A stretch of DNA of 64,000 bases from Octopus vulgaris (GCA_951406725.2 OX597826.1:35650001-35714000), one strand, 5' to 3'; positions 11,856 through 26,234 are shown, counted from the stretch's first letter. Made by a program: numbers and translations. The notes: generated by a model not told the origin, from the sequence alone.

Positions 11856-13015
11856 AAAAACAAACAAGATGAGGACAAATATCCATCAAAAGTAAATAAT
11901 GTAAATTTTATCCATTTCAGAATATGGCAATGCTGGTTGTAACATTGGATATTGAAAAGGTATTGGAAAGATAGAGGAAAGAGAAATTTGAAATACGCTT
12001 TGGTGATATATTTTGTTCCTGCAGTAATAATTTTAAGATTACTGAAAATGAGACTCAACGAGTATTGGAAATGTTGCAAGATGCGAAGAAAATTTTAGAA
12101 AAAATAAATAAGTAAATGAGTGGAAATTGAACTGGTGAGTGTGATAACATCAGTGTCATGGAGAGAGGAGGTTGGTTTGCATCGGCAACTGTTGGTCTTC
12201 CATAAACAACCTTGCTCGGACTTGTGCCTCAGAGTGGAACTTTCTAGATGCAATCCCATTGTCATTCATGACTGAAAGGGGTCTTTTCATTTCTTTTATT
12301 TAGGCATGGTGGTACTACTAACCTAGCGTTAGAGACCAGTGGATGCTTCAGAACAGCTCATTTGCTTAAAAAACAGCATGATATGAAATTAAATAACTTG
12401 ATATAATTGACGAGAAAACAGGAATTATATAATTGACTTCATCAGCTTACAGTTGATTCTGCAGTATGATGAAGTGAGCTCGAAGCTGATTGCTTGCAAA
12501 TCACCTTACAGCTTCTTCAGAGCTTCAAAAATGATGTTGATTATGTAATTCTATAATTCTTGCTTCCTTGTCAATTATTTCATTTCATATATGTATATTT
12601 GTGTAATTATAAAGAAATGCTTTACCAAATAAACATGCACATTATTTTTGAAGCATTGAGGTAGCTATAACATATTGTACATGCACTCAGCATGTTATGT
12701 CAGAAACAGCTGCAAGCTGATGAAGTACATTGCAAATCTCCAGTTCTTTACTCAATTATTTAATGCATATATATATATACATACATACACCCACATGGAT
12801 ATGTATATATATATATGTATATATATATATATACACATATATATGTATATATATATATACATATATATACATATATATATATACATATATATACACATAT
12901 ATACATATATATACATATATATATACATATATATATATACATATATATACACATATATACATATATATACATATATATATATATATTATATATATATATA
13001 TACATACACCCACAT

Positions 13016-13089
<74 letters not shown>

Positions 13090-13688
13090 TTTTATATATA
13101 CAAAGTCATAGCTGCAGAGGCACACAAATATTTATATACAACATCAGCTTCTTAAAGTTTTTATCAATGAAAGTCACTTTTTGAGCTTCAGTCAGTCCAG
13201 GGATATAACAAAAGACACCTGCTCAAGGTGCCACACAATGAAGCTAAGCCAAAAGCCAAAAGTGTTTGTGAAACAAATTTATTAAATATACGACCTTGTA
13301 TAAAGTAGGAAAAGAAAGATTTAAACAAGAGAAAAGCAATTGGAAAAGAAATGATACTTGCTTAAAGCACATGCAGAACTCTTGACTACATGCTGTAGAA
13401 TCACATTCACACTCTCTCCCACACACATGAGTGTGTGTGTGTGTGTGAGTGTGTGTGTGTGTGAGTGTATATGTATGTATGTGTGTGTGTGTATATATAT
13501 GTATATATGTATGTGTGTGTGTATATATATATATATATGTAGGCATGTATGTATATGTTTATATATATAAATATGCAAACACACACACACACACACAGTA
13601 TACATACAACCATATAAATATATACATATACACATATATATATATTCATATCTATGTGTGTATATGTGTACATATGTAAATATATGTG

Positions 13689-13732
<44 letters not shown>

Positions 13733-14116
13733 TAGATTCATATATAACTGTGTATGTATGCATGTATATATATATATATGTGTGTGTATGCTTGTATATA
13801 TAAATGTGAGCATCTATATATAGCTATGTTCATATGCATTGCAAATTGACATAATCAATTTTCCAGCAAATGCCCATTTTATACTTTTTCCTTGTCCATT
13901 GCACCAGAAAATCACTGTCATGCCACAAAAATAATTTCAAGCTTTGCTAAACAATTGGTGAAACTAAGAACATTCGGTACCATTCTTCCTGTTGTTACTG
14001 TTGTTGGTGTTGCAGTTGATGCTGCAGTTGCTATAGCTGAGCATGCATTTGATTATTGCAGTGAATTGTAGCATGTTACATTTCATGTTTCTTCACTTGC
14101 TCTATCACGGTTACAC

Positions 14117-14168
<52 letters not shown>

Positions 14169-14234
14169 CACACACACACACTGATGTTGAGCAATGTGTG
14201 AACGAACACACAACCCCACATTGGTATATATATA

Positions 14235-14455
14235 CATGAGAAGGTGCTGAAAAGTACCTGGCTTTGAGGGTATCGTGAAAGGCCTGGCCTGAAGCCCAGT
14301 ATTCTGAGTTCTTTTACAGGGCTTAGAAAAACTGAAGGACTGCTACAATAAGTGTGTGAATCTGAGAGGTGAATATGTTGAATAAAATCATAATTAACTG
14401 ATTCTCCTGTATTTTTACTAACCTAAAACCAGGAACTTTTCAGCAGCAGCCACAT
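14235..14455 (+). mobile_element. Internally deleted mariner element (MITE-like)
   Basis: TIRs GCTGAAAAGTACCTGGCTTT / AAAACCAGGAACTTTTCAGC; transposase C-terminal remnant GLEKLKDCYNKCVNLRGEYVE*. Confidence 0.8.
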
Positions 14456-14499
14456 GGCAATTTTCTACAAATTTTTTTTTTTTTTAATTTTAACCCCCC

Positions 14500-14738
14500 A
14501 TCTCGAGAATGACCTCCCAGAGGTGTTGGGGGTGCCAATTGGCAACAACCCTACACATGATGGCTCCAGCCCCGCCGGGTCAAGTTTACAGGAGCCGCCT
14601 GCCCAACTTCGCTGTTCCTCCACCATCTGCACATTCTAAGGAAGAGATTGCTGAGGATGGCGGAGAGGCAGGTGGTAATTGAGGAGCAATACTGACCAAC
14701 TATCCAGCCGGTAGTTGCTAAACAACAACAGCAGCTAC
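14500..14738 (+). mobile_element. Probable LINE/SINE 3' tail ending in (CAA/CAG)n
   Basis: GC-rich island ending TAAACAACAACAGCAGC; family not identified. Confidence 0.35.
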
Positions 14739-14744
14739 CACAAA

Positions 14745-14785
<41 letters not shown>

Positions 14786-14904
14786 ACACACACACACACA
14801 CACGTGCATACATATATATTATATTAGAGGAAGAATTAAAACCAAGGCAGAAGGAGTATCTCAAGTCATTTAGAATAACTTAATTAGCGTAAGGTGAATT
14901 TGAA

Positions 14905-14980
14905 GTCTTACAGCTGTTTCTGGGATAACCCAAGAAGTAGGTTAGCATGTCCACACACTTGGTATTCAGTCATCAGAAAC
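14905..14980 (-). ncRNA. Degenerate type I hammerhead motif with long stem II (Penelope-like remnant)
   Basis: Minus strand GUUU-CUGAUGA...CCAAG/CUUGG...GAAAC AGCU GUA^AGAC; base of stem II mismatched. Confidence 0.55.
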
Positions 14981-15799
14981 AATGTATGAATATTTTAGAC
15001 AGGAAAAATTTACAGTTTGCAAGAAATAAAATTCATAGTTTGTAAGAAATAAAATAGAAGAACAAAGAGTAAAAGTTGTTAGGCAAATATAGACAGAATA
15101 ATGTTCCCAACTCATCTTTTTCCAGAGGATATGGATGCAGGTTGGTACTTCCATGAAGAAACCAATACGGATCCCTAGATCTAGCCTTAGCTGTGATTTT
15201 GGAACCTAATGGTTGACCTACTAAAGCAATTAACCAGCATACTTATTTGTTTAGATCACAAGTGAATTCAACCCAACAGTTTTTCTGAGTTCCTACATGG
15301 TTTACAGACACCCTCCATGCTGCTATTGTGTTTATGTATATAGGATAGTGGTACAAGTAGAAATAGCAGATGATTATATACGATGCTATAGTAAACCTTC
15401 ACTGCATGTATATATACATATATTGGCAAAGATGTTAGCAGGTAGCAAACATTAAAAATTCATCTTACCTATAGGAAGAACATTATATAAATGTACAACC
15501 CAGATGTGGATAATCTAGGACGGAGGTTTCAAACTTTCCAAACTATGTTTGTTAAAGTAAATTTTATTAGCTCTCACCAGCTAGATTCACCTAGACAAAA
15601 TCTCAAATGTCACTACATCAATGCCATATATGTTCTGAATATGCATTAAAAGCTGCTGCCCTTTTATGCTGGAAACAGCCTAATGATGCTAACTGGTGAT
15701 ACCAGATTTTGGGGTTACACTATGCTGTGCCTATATAATGTAGGATAAACAGTAATAACAATAATAATCCTTGGATGAAATTTATAAATATATATATAT

Positions 15800-16290
15800 A
15801 CTAGCAGTATTGCCTGGCTTTGCAAAATGGTCACATTTAATTCAAAGCGTTAAAAATGTTATGAAAACAATTGGTATGTGTTCACAAAGTCCAAACGATT
15901 AATATGAAAAAACCCTCCAATCTACATCCTGGAGATTCATTTCTTTGCTGAATTTCTACAATGTTTACGGCGATTCGTTTTTATATCTTGATTTTTTATT
16001 TTTCATGCAATTTACGCATGCTTGCACATGTGGTGAACACAGTTCACGTCAAACAGCTGACTAAGTAAAGTTCACTATTCAATGCATGGGGTAAGGCCTA
16101 AACGAACACATTATCGATTTTTGCACTTGATAGATGAATTTCGGAACAGAAATAGCGCAGTTCAATTTTCATTCGCCTAAACTTTAAGTGACCCATTTTT
16201 GGTGGTTCTATGATTTGTTGGCTAGGAGGAGATGTGCCGGGAAGTTAGACACACAGACACACACACAAGTTGAGTTTTATATATATAGAT
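15800..16290 (+). mobile_element. Non-autonomous Helitron/Helentron-like element
   Basis: Start ACTAGCAGTATTGCCTGGCTTTGC and end GACACAC...TTTTATATATATAGAT, shared with 24923-25319. Confidence 0.55.
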
Positions 16291-16387
16291 ATATATATAC
16301 ACATACATACACACACATATATGCTGTGGTTACCTGCAAAGAAAACATGACATCATTGGCAGTCTCTTATGTGTATATATATATGTA

Positions 16388-16446
<59 letters not shown>

Positions 16447-16727
16447 GTATTTATATAAAAGAAATCAGAGGTCCTTCATGCACCAAAGGCTTGAATGTAT
16501 TCTCTCCATGGCTGAGATGCTAGTCTCAGACAGGATCGCTCAATTTTTGCCAGTTGAATAAACTGGAGCAACATGAATTAAAATGTTTTTGCTCAAGAAT
16601 TCAATGCATTGCCCAGTCCAGGAATTGAAACTGCGATCTTACATTCTTACATCATGAGTGCAACACCCTGACCACAGAGCCACATGCCTCTAACATATAT
16701 ATGTGTACATATATACAGATACACGCT

Positions 16728-16785
<58 letters not shown>

Positions 16786-17222
16786 CATACATATATATAT
16801 ATATATACATATACATACATATATATATATATACATATACATATATACACACACATATATACAGTGGTTACCTGCAAAGAATATATATGACATCACTGCC
16901 AATCTCTTATGTGATGTGTATGTGTGGGTGTCTGTGAGTGTAGGTGAATGTATGTAAATCTATCCGTCTATTTGTCTCTCCTATATCTGCCTTTCTCTAT
17001 CTGTCTCTGTCTGTCTGTCTATCTACTTATCTATCTATCAATCGATCTGCCTATCTATATGTGTGAGTGTATGCCTCCGGGCATGTAAAGGAACTCTTGG
17101 TGAAACACTTGGAATAGTGATGGAGACAAGTTTCAGCTTCAAGCAAATGACTGTATACTTATATACACACACACATGTATGTATATATTCCTGTATGTAT
17201 ATATGTATAGTTATACAAACAG

Positions 17223-17293
<71 letters not shown>

Positions 17294-18544
17294 ATAGATA
17301 TGTGTATTTAGCTATACATAACATGTGCATGTATAAGCTATTCTGTGTGTATATGTGCATGCGCTTGTGTACGTGTGAGCATGTATGTGTGTGTGTGTGT
17401 GTATGTTTGTGTGCTTCACTTTTCTTTATGGGTGTTTCTTTACTACCCTGCAGTTTTGTACCCAGTGAGAAAATTGGGAAAGAAAGTGAATGAAGTTTTA
17501 GCTTGCAGCAAATGAATAAATAAACTCTGTCAAATACATTGGATATTTCCTTCCTCTTTCCCTTGTACACCACAATATACATACATACATATATATAATA
17601 TTTATATATACACATACATACATATATATAATATTTATATATATATATGTGCCTTATATTACATATATGTATGTTTTGATGATGATGATGATATATATAT
17701 ATATATCAGGTAACACATTGGTGATAGTGGATCTCCATCATTTAACATTGAGGATTCAGTTATTTGAGCTACTGAGTTATCTACTTCTGAATGAACATAT
17801 AAGTGACTGAAAAATCCACAGACACATATATCAGATGGTCGAGAATTTGATTTCTGGCAGGACATTGAACAAGACACTTTGCTTTATGTTGCTCCAGTCC
17901 ACTAAATTGGCCCTTCCACTCAATTGCCCCTTCTAACAACAACCCACCTACTTTAAAATAACTGAACTTAAAATTTCTACATAAAATTTTCATGCCAATT
18001 TATGCTACAAACATTTCTTTAATAATGATAAAGCTATTCTCCTAGATTTTTTTCAATAATTTCAAATTTATTCAAAAAGGACAGAATATATTTAAAAATG
18101 AATACTGCAGCAAAACATTTAAAGTGATCTAATTTAAAACCTCTCGTTACAAGTTCATAATATTTATGTCCTAATCCAAAACACCCACTGAATAATGACA
18201 AATTTATTTTACTAAACTCTTCATCATTTCAAAATTAATTCCAACAAATCAAACAGTGTATTTCAACTCAAATATTCTACAGAAACAGTTAATGTAATTC
18301 TCTGTAAGCGTTAGCATAACAGTCTATGAGAAGGCTCTACCTATTAAACTACGGATAAATTCTGCTTGTCAGGTTTCTGTTTAGGGTCCATCGATCTAAT
18401 ATCTTCCACATGGAATGAGTTGAGCCAGGATTGATGTAAGGCTGTAGAAAATGGTGCTTGATCAATATGCCAATCACTGAGATCAAACCAGGGACCTAAT
18501 GGTTGCCCTGTAAACTTCTAAATGATTCTGACTTACATGCCTAT

Positions 18545-19530
18545 AGGAGCAGGCATGGCATGGCTGTGTAGCTAAGAAGCTCACTTGGCAACCAAATGGT
18601 TATATGTTCAGTCCCACTGTGCAGCTCCTTGGGCAAGTGTATTCTAGTATAGCTCCAGACTGACCAAACCCTTTTGAGGGAATTTGATAGACAGAAACTG
18701 AGTGGAAGCTTGTTCTGTGTGTATATATACGTAAATAAGGTCTGATCAAAAAATAGTGGGACTGTTGCTATGGTTACAGAGTTAAAGTACTCAGAGTGAA
18801 GTCTCATTGCACAAGTTGACCTTGGACCCTGTTGTGCATGCATGCTCATTTATAACAATCTAACTCATTTCCGTTGGTGATAGCAATGCTTGGAAGTAAA
18901 GTGTGTAGAGTGTGGTTGTCTCAAAAAGAAGGCCAAGTCACAGCTGTGCAGGATCTTGTTGTGTCAAGGAAGATGGAAACATTTTGAAAATGGTTATAAC
19001 AGGTGATGAAATGTGCGTCAATAGCTATGGTCCTGAAACCCAAGGTTAGTCTCCACAGTGGAAGACCCCAAAAAGATTTCAAGATATCAAGAAAGTTCAA
19101 GACAATGCAATGGGAAAGCTGCTGGGTATCCCCTCAAAAAAAAGAATTGCAAGAATGCTTCTATCAAGGGAAACAATACTGGATAAAGTGTGTGACTACA
19201 GACGGGGACGACTTTGAAGGGGGTTTAAATGCCAAATTGACCAGTGCTATAGGTTTCATTTTATAGCACCAGTCCTGATACATTTTGATCAGACCTCATA
19301 TATATGTGTGCATATCTTTGTGTTTGTGTTCATCTCCACCCCACTCACTACCTAACTGCCTGACAATCGATGTTGGTTTGTTTATATCCTCATGACATAG
19401 CAGTTTGGCAAGAGAGACTTTAAGCAGTTGATTTTTAAAATGTCAGTCCTGGGGTCGATTTGTTTGGCTAAACCCTTTGAGGTAGTGCCCCATCAGGCTC
19501 ACTGGGACCAGTAAATGACAGAAGATAAAG
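18545..19530 (+). mobile_element. Family A SINE split by a mariner insertion
   Basis: SINE 5' half 18545-18730 and 3' half 19301-19530 flank the mariner. Confidence 0.75.
18735..19300 (+). mobile_element. Internally deleted mariner transposon
   Basis: TIRs AGGTCTGATCAAAA...GGACTG / CAGTCC...TTTTGATCAGACCT; remnants VITGDE (first catalytic Asp motif) and WIKCVTTDGDDFEG. Confidence 0.85.
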
Positions 19531-21518
19531 ATCTGTGTGTATGTGTGTATGCATGTGTCTGTGTATGTGTGTGTGTGTGTGTATGTGCATGTGTAGGTTC
19601 ATTCTGTATTGGTCTATCAATCATTGCTTTGTGGATAATTCACAGATCACTCAGTGCAGTGTGATCTTGAGCAAGGCATATCATGTCATGCTCTTTCGGT
19701 CTACTCGTCTGTAAAGGTGTACCAGTGAGAGTGAGAGAGTAGCATGTGACTTGAATAACATCCAGCTGCTATTTCCAGTATGACTGCTTGGAGACTCCAT
19801 CACCCAGATATTAGTGTGGAGATGAGATGGTTTGGAGCAGTGCAGAGCATCTTGATGGCCATCACTGTGGCTATGATACTGATGAGGATAATGTTGGCTG
19901 TGAATGATGACAATGGTAGTAATTATGATGATGATGATGATGGTGGTGGTGGTGATGATGATGATGATGACGATGATGATGACAACAATGATGCTGCTGC
20001 TGATGATGGTGTTCACACCGATGAGGTAGGCTTGGAAGTGAAAATACAATAAGTGCAGTGTTGGTGGTGTGAGTGATTGCAACGAAAGTGGAAATGCTAA
20101 AGGCTTTTGTGAGAAACGATTGTGGTGGGTGGAATTGCTAAAGGCTTCGGTGGTGGTGGTGGTGGTAGCAGTAGTAGCTGGTGTTTATTGCTGAAGGCAC
20201 AGACTACAATGGCAAGCTTGATATGCTGGTTGGTAAAGTTAAAAGAAATGATAATGATGATGACGATGATGATAACGATGATGATGATAATGATGAAACC
20301 TAAAACTGCTAAAGCAGTGGTGATAGTCACAGTGACAAAGAGACCAGGTTGCAGTAATATTGTTGTTAGTAGTTGTGCTGATGTTGGTGGTGGCAGTGGT
20401 GGAGGTGGAGGTGGTCACGATGAATGTTCTTATGATAGTGGGGATAATGACATTGGTGTTGAAGACGAAGGAGGTGGTTCCAATTATGACGTTGATGGTG
20501 GGTTGTAATGATAGCTACAATTGCAATGATGATCATGATGATGGTGGTGATGGTGGTGGTAATTCAGGACCTAAAATTAAAATTATCATATTAATTATAA
20601 GCCATTGATTAAGACACTAATCAGCACTTTACATATTGTAACTGCTACAGTAGTGAAGAACACATTTATACATTCATACACTAACAAATCAAAAACAATA
20701 GACACCTATGCAAAGAGGCATGCACACACACACCTTTCCGGTGACTCTGACCAACTTAGCTCTCCCCCTTTCATCACCCTTGCACTAAGCACTACAATTA
20801 ATCCTTCTGCCCCTAAATAATATGTGTATTTAATGGTCATCTTCTTTATTTGTGGGTTCTTTGGTGTCCATAGATTCCAATCCTTGATATAAAGTTCCTA
20901 TCACAGGTGAGATATATAAATATTTAGGTCGAGAAGCCAGATGGAAGTCCACTCCTCCGATCAGTCAGTTCCAAGAATGGTTCCCTTGCTTTTATCCACC
21001 CCATCTCCACCCCTAGTCTCAATGTCTCTCCAATAATAAACTCACGAAAATGAACAACAGCTGACAAATGCTCCCACACTTGAGACTAGACATTGACCAA
21101 CATCTTTTGTCCTCCATCCACATACTGACCATAGTCTAAGAGGCCATAGATGGCATGTGGCTTTGTGACGAGTGCATCATGATTATATATATACATATAT
21201 ATATAAAAGGTAAAATGCATTGGTGATAGTGGATCTCTAGTATTTAACTGAAGATTCAGTTGTTTGAGCTACTAAGTTATCTGCCCCTGAATTAATATAC
21301 AAGTGACTGAAAAGTCCACAGGCACATATATCAGATGGTCATGAGTTTGATTCCTGGCAGGGCATTGAACAAGACACTTTGTTTTATGTTGCTGTAGTCC
21401 ACTCAATTGGCAAATGGGAGTTGTACCAGTCATTTAAAGGGTCAGCTTTGTCACACTGTGTCATTTTCTGAAAAGCAATGTTTTTGACTTATGACACCTT
21501 TGCATTATACCAACGATA

Positions 21519-21830
21519 TGACAACGAGGTTTCCAGTTGATAAGCCAATGAAACAGTTTGCTTCTGAAATTAATGTGCAAGTGGCTGAGCACTCCACAGA
21601 CATGCATATCCTTAACAAAGTTCTCCGAAAGATTCAGCATGACAGAATGTAACAAGGATAATATAACAAAGCTGAGCCTTTGAATTACAGGTACAACTCA
21701 TTTCTGCCGGTTAAGTGGACTGGAACAACATGAAACAAAGTATCTTGCTCAAGGTCACAATTCATCACTAGGAATTGAACTCATGATCTTAAGGCTATGG
21801 AGCTGAAACCCTAACACTAACCCACATGCT
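21519..21830 (-). mobile_element. Family C SINE
   Basis: Homologous to 1003-1317. Confidence 0.75.
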
Positions 21831-21974
21831 TTTCTATTTTCTTTCGCCTCAAGATTCATAAGACTGATTACTATGGCATGTAATGGACCGAGACCACAAT
21901 ATTCCCTCTCCCATAAAAGGAACCCACCAGTCCTTTACGAGGTTTAATACCAATAATTTGGAGGGATGCATGTG

Positions 21975-22118
21975 AATTGATCACATTGACCCCAGTTCTA
22001 TACACTCAAGAGGGATGAAAGGCAAATCTGACCTCAGCAGAATTTGAACTAAGAAGGTAAAGAACCAGAAGCAATGTCTCTAAGCATTTTGGCCAACAAT
22101 TCCGCCAGCTTGCCACCT
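21975..22118 (-). mobile_element. Degenerate family B SINE
   Basis: Partial match to 46629-46845. Confidence 0.55.
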
Positions 22119-22196
22119 TCCCAGCATTATATACAAGTGTATCCGTGTGTATCTCTGTGTGTCTGTTAGTGTGTGTTAATGCATGTATGTATATAC

Positions 22197-22548
22197 CCTT
22201 TTATGCTTTTGCACATTTGTTTCAATCATGCTGGAGCACTGCCTTTAGTCAAACAAATCGACTCCCGGACTTATTCTTTGTAAGCCTAGTACTTATTCTA
22301 TTGCCAAACTGCTAAGTTATGGGGATGTAAACACTCCAGCATCAGTTGTCAAGCGATGTTGGATGCACACACACACATATATATATACATATGACAGGCT
22401 TCTTTCAGTTTCCATCTACCAAATCCACTCACAAGGCTTTAGTTGGCCCAAGGCTATAGTAGAAGACACTTGCCCAAGGTGCCATGTAGTGGGACTGAAT
22501 CCGTAACCATGTGGTTGGTAAGCAAACTACTTACCACTCAGCCACTCC

Positions 22549-22550
<2 letters not shown>
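22197..22550 (-). mobile_element. Family A SINE
   Basis: Reverse complement of the 48498-48901 pattern. Confidence 0.85.
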
Positions 22551-22579
<29 letters not shown>

Positions 22580-22833
22580 CTATATATATATATATATAAT
22601 CAGTTTTCTTGTTGTTGCTTTTTATTCAAACTTACACAAATTAATTTTTGCTTCTATTTTAATTATTTGGGGTTCTAAGTTTTGTACACACACACACAGA
22701 CACACACACACACACACGCACATACATAATTACACACACTATTTTCATTTCTCCCCATGAGGGAATGCTTAGTTTTAATAAAAGTTTATTTCGGTTTTAT
22801 TTCTCCCAACTCATTCTTTCTCCTTATTATGCC

Positions 22834-22878
<45 letters not shown>

Positions 22879-23809
22879 ATGTGTGTATGTGTGTGTGTAT
22901 TCCTTTGTGTTTTATTTACAGCCTGCTGTAAATCACTTTCTATCAATTTCACACATCTTGTTGAAGATATAGAAATGTAGATGAGAAAAAGAAAAAAAAA
23001 GAAAACAAAATGAGATGATAAATACTGAATGGAATACTATCATTATTATTATTATTATTATTGTTGTCGTTATTTCTTTCTTCCTTCAGACTAATAAAAT
23101 TTTGCAAGAATGACTATGGCTGTTATAATTTATTATTGCTGTCCATCACTATTGTGATCATTATCATTCTTATTCTATGACTGCACTTTTTCTCTCACTC
23201 CTCATCCTCATCCTCATCCTCTTCACACACACCTCCCCCCTCTTCCTTCTTTTCCTTCTCTTCTTTCTTCTTTTCCTCCTCCTCTTCTTTTTCTGCTTCC
23301 CCTTCTCTTTCTCCTCCCTTTTTTTGCTAGCTATCATCATCATCCTCGTCATCACCACCACCACTGTAGTCATAGACATAAATTTGTTTTTTTTTTACAA
23401 GTGCCATCAGGGGTTCAGCTGTAACAGTGATCCTCAGAAAAATGTTCAGCAGCATCGTTGTCATCATCACCGTCTTCTTCAGGACCCTTCATCTTCACTG
23501 TCCCCAGCATTATTTCTCTCATCATTACCATCTCCACCATCCCCAGCACAGTCGTCACAATTATCAATCTTGAGACACACCAACATTATTATTAAAGTGA
23601 AATATTTCTCCCTTATCATCATCCCTGTTGGTGAGTCAGTTTCAACATCATATGGTAAATGCTGAACTCATTGGGGAGAATCTATGGAGGCAGGGAAACT
23701 GCAAGAAGTAACAGTCAAGCATCCCTCAAACCAAACCAAATGGAGACGCACATCAGAAAGTCTTAAGTGGAAAAAGGAAAAGAAATTTGTGTGTGTGTGT
23801 GTGTGCATG

Positions 23810-24190
23810 TCTTTTTACTCTGTTTACTTGTTTCAGTCATTTGATTGCAGCCACACTGGAGCACCACTTTTAGTTGAGCAAATCGACCCCAGGACTTATT
23901 CTTTGTAAGCCTTGTACTTATTCTATAAATCTCTTGTGTCGAACCGCTAAGTTACGGGGACACACCAGCATCGGTTGTCAAGCGGTGTTGGGGTGACAAA
24001 CAGAGACACACATATGTATATACATATATATGACAGGCTTCTTTCAGTTTCCATCTACCAAATCCATTTACAAGGCTTTGATTGGCCTGAAGCTATAGTA
24101 GAAGACATTTGCCCAAGGTGTCACGCAGTGGGATTGAACCCGGAACCATGGGGTTAGTAAGCAAACTACTTACCACACAGCCACTCCTGC
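23810..24190 (-). mobile_element. Family A SINE (left member of head-to-head pair)
   Basis: Full-length reverse copy. Confidence 0.85.
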
Positions 24191-24197
24191 ATATATA

Positions 24198-24594
24198 GGC
24201 ACAGGTGTGGCTGTATCGTAAGAAGCATGCTTCCTAACCACATGGTTCCAGGTTCAGTCCCACAGTGTGCTACCTTTGGCAAGTGTCTTCTACTATAGCC
24301 TCAGACCAACGAAAGATTTGTGAGTGGATTTGATGGACGGAAATTGAAAGAAGCCCGTTATATATATATATATATATATATTTGTGTGTGTATCTGTGTT
24401 TGTACCTACTCTATCGCTTGACAACTGATGCAATTGTGTTTATGTCCCCATAACTTAGCAGTTTGGCAAAAGAAACCAACAGAATAAATATAAGGCTTTC
24501 AAAGAATAAATCTTGGGGTTCATTTGTTCAACTAAAGGCAGTGCTCCAGCATGGCTGCAGTCAAATGATGGAAACAAGTAAAAGAATAAAAGAA
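24198..24594 (+). mobile_element. Family A SINE (right member of head-to-head pair)
   Basis: Full-length forward copy starting 7 bp from the previous one. Confidence 0.85.
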
Positions 24595-24614
24595 TATATG
24601 TGTGTGTGTGTATG

Positions 24615-24688
<74 letters not shown>

Positions 24689-24922
24689 CATATGGAGAAT
24701 ATACAGGGAGTTTCCATCAACTGACGTTATGTAATAGGCATTGTACCATGTAAATCTTCTGATGACAGACTAATTAGCATATGGAAAATTTACTCAATAT
24801 CATGACCAACATACTTGACTATTCTAGAAACAGATGTAAAGACATTATCCATTTACATTCTCTATCTAACAAATTAAATGTTTTTCAAATGATGTAAAGT
24901 TTTATTTTACTTTTTAGTGTAT

Positions 24923-25319
24923 ACTAGCAGTATCGCCCGGCGTTGCTAGGGTTGTAAGGGAAATAACTATATAAGCATTTTTAGAGAGTTATAGGCAAAA
25001 GATAGCAAAAAAATGCATTAAAAATGGAAAAAATATTAAGGTAAATTTTTTTTTAAAATCGTTGACACATCGTAGATATTTTTAGAGAGTTAATTCCCTT
25101 ATATAAAAGCGAAAAAATGCATTAAAATGGAAAAATATGATGGTAAATTTTTTTTAAATCGTAGACTCATCGTAGACGCGCGCTAATACCCAGAAGGGCT
25201 CGATATGAATCACGACTATAAGATACCCGGTTTTGGTTAAACTGCACCGCAAAATGTGGGAGTAGTTACGAATCTAAATCGAAGGGGACAGACACACAAC
25301 TTCACTCTTATATAAAGAT
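24923..25319 (+). mobile_element. Non-autonomous Helitron/Helentron-like element with internal ~100-bp tandem duplication
   Basis: 5' ACTAGCAGTATCGCCCGGCGTTGCTAGGG hairpin, 3' GACAGACACAC...TATATAAAGAT; duplicated block ~24977-25176. Confidence 0.6.
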
Positions 25320-25645
25320 GCTTTTTTTTTTCAGTCATAGAGTTAGATTTATGAAGGTCTTCAGTAGAAAATCCTTCAAATTCTGACTCGCTGCTTGATA
25401 TAATGAAATTCGTATCCATTTTTTGTCAGAATTACAAATTTTGAAAACACAATAGGAACAAATTTCGGAAAAAAAATCTCCCATAATTCACGGAATTAAA
25501 ATTACACTTCGATTTTTGTACAAAACTGTATTTGAAGTGTTTACGAAGTATAATACGTGTTTTCACGAATGTACTAAAGAGATTTACTCTGATATTCTCA
25601 TTTAAATATGAATAGGTAAATTCGGGCGGTTTGGTAACGAAAGGG
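25320..25645 (-). mobile_element. piggyBac-like transposon left end with start of transposase
   Basis: Minus strand TAAA-CCCTTTCGTTACC terminus; acidic N-terminal peptide MDTNFIISSSESEFEGFSTEDL. Confidence 0.5.
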
Positions 25646-25649
25646 TTTA

Positions 25650-26095
25650 TATAAGTGTCGTCTGTTTATACATAAACACTGTTTCATACTTTCAGTTTAG
25701 TCTTCCTCAAATCACTCTGTCGCTAATTTACTCTCTTCCAAGAACATTTTCACCCACTCTTATCTGTTAGCTTCCCATACATTTTACTCATGTATCTATC
25801 AGCGTGATAGACAGAAACAAATATTACATCTAGTTTCACTTTATTCGTTGCACACTGTTTGTGTGCGTTTGCGTGTGCTGTAAACCAGACTAAGAAAAGC
25901 ATTTGACATACACACCAGAATGTGAGTTTTCTGTAAATTTTGCTTAATTGGAGTTTAAATATTAAAAACTGGACCTGGCATGACCCGATGCATTCTACTC
26001 TTAAAAATGCTAGGTAAATTGTAATTGAAGAAATCCTATATTGTAGATTTCTATAACTTACAAAGGGAGGCAGATAAAATCTGCCTTTTATAATA

Positions 26096-26100
<5 letters not shown>
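25650..26100 (-). mobile_element. Helitron-like 5' portion
   Basis: Minus strand starts TCTTATTATAAAAGGCAGATTTTATCTGCCT (TC start plus short hairpin) next to (TA)n. Confidence 0.35.
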
Positions 26101-26158
<58 letters not shown>

Positions 26159-26202
26159 CATACACACACATATATATGTAAATATATATATATATGTAAA
26201 TA

Positions 26203-26234
<32 letters not shown>

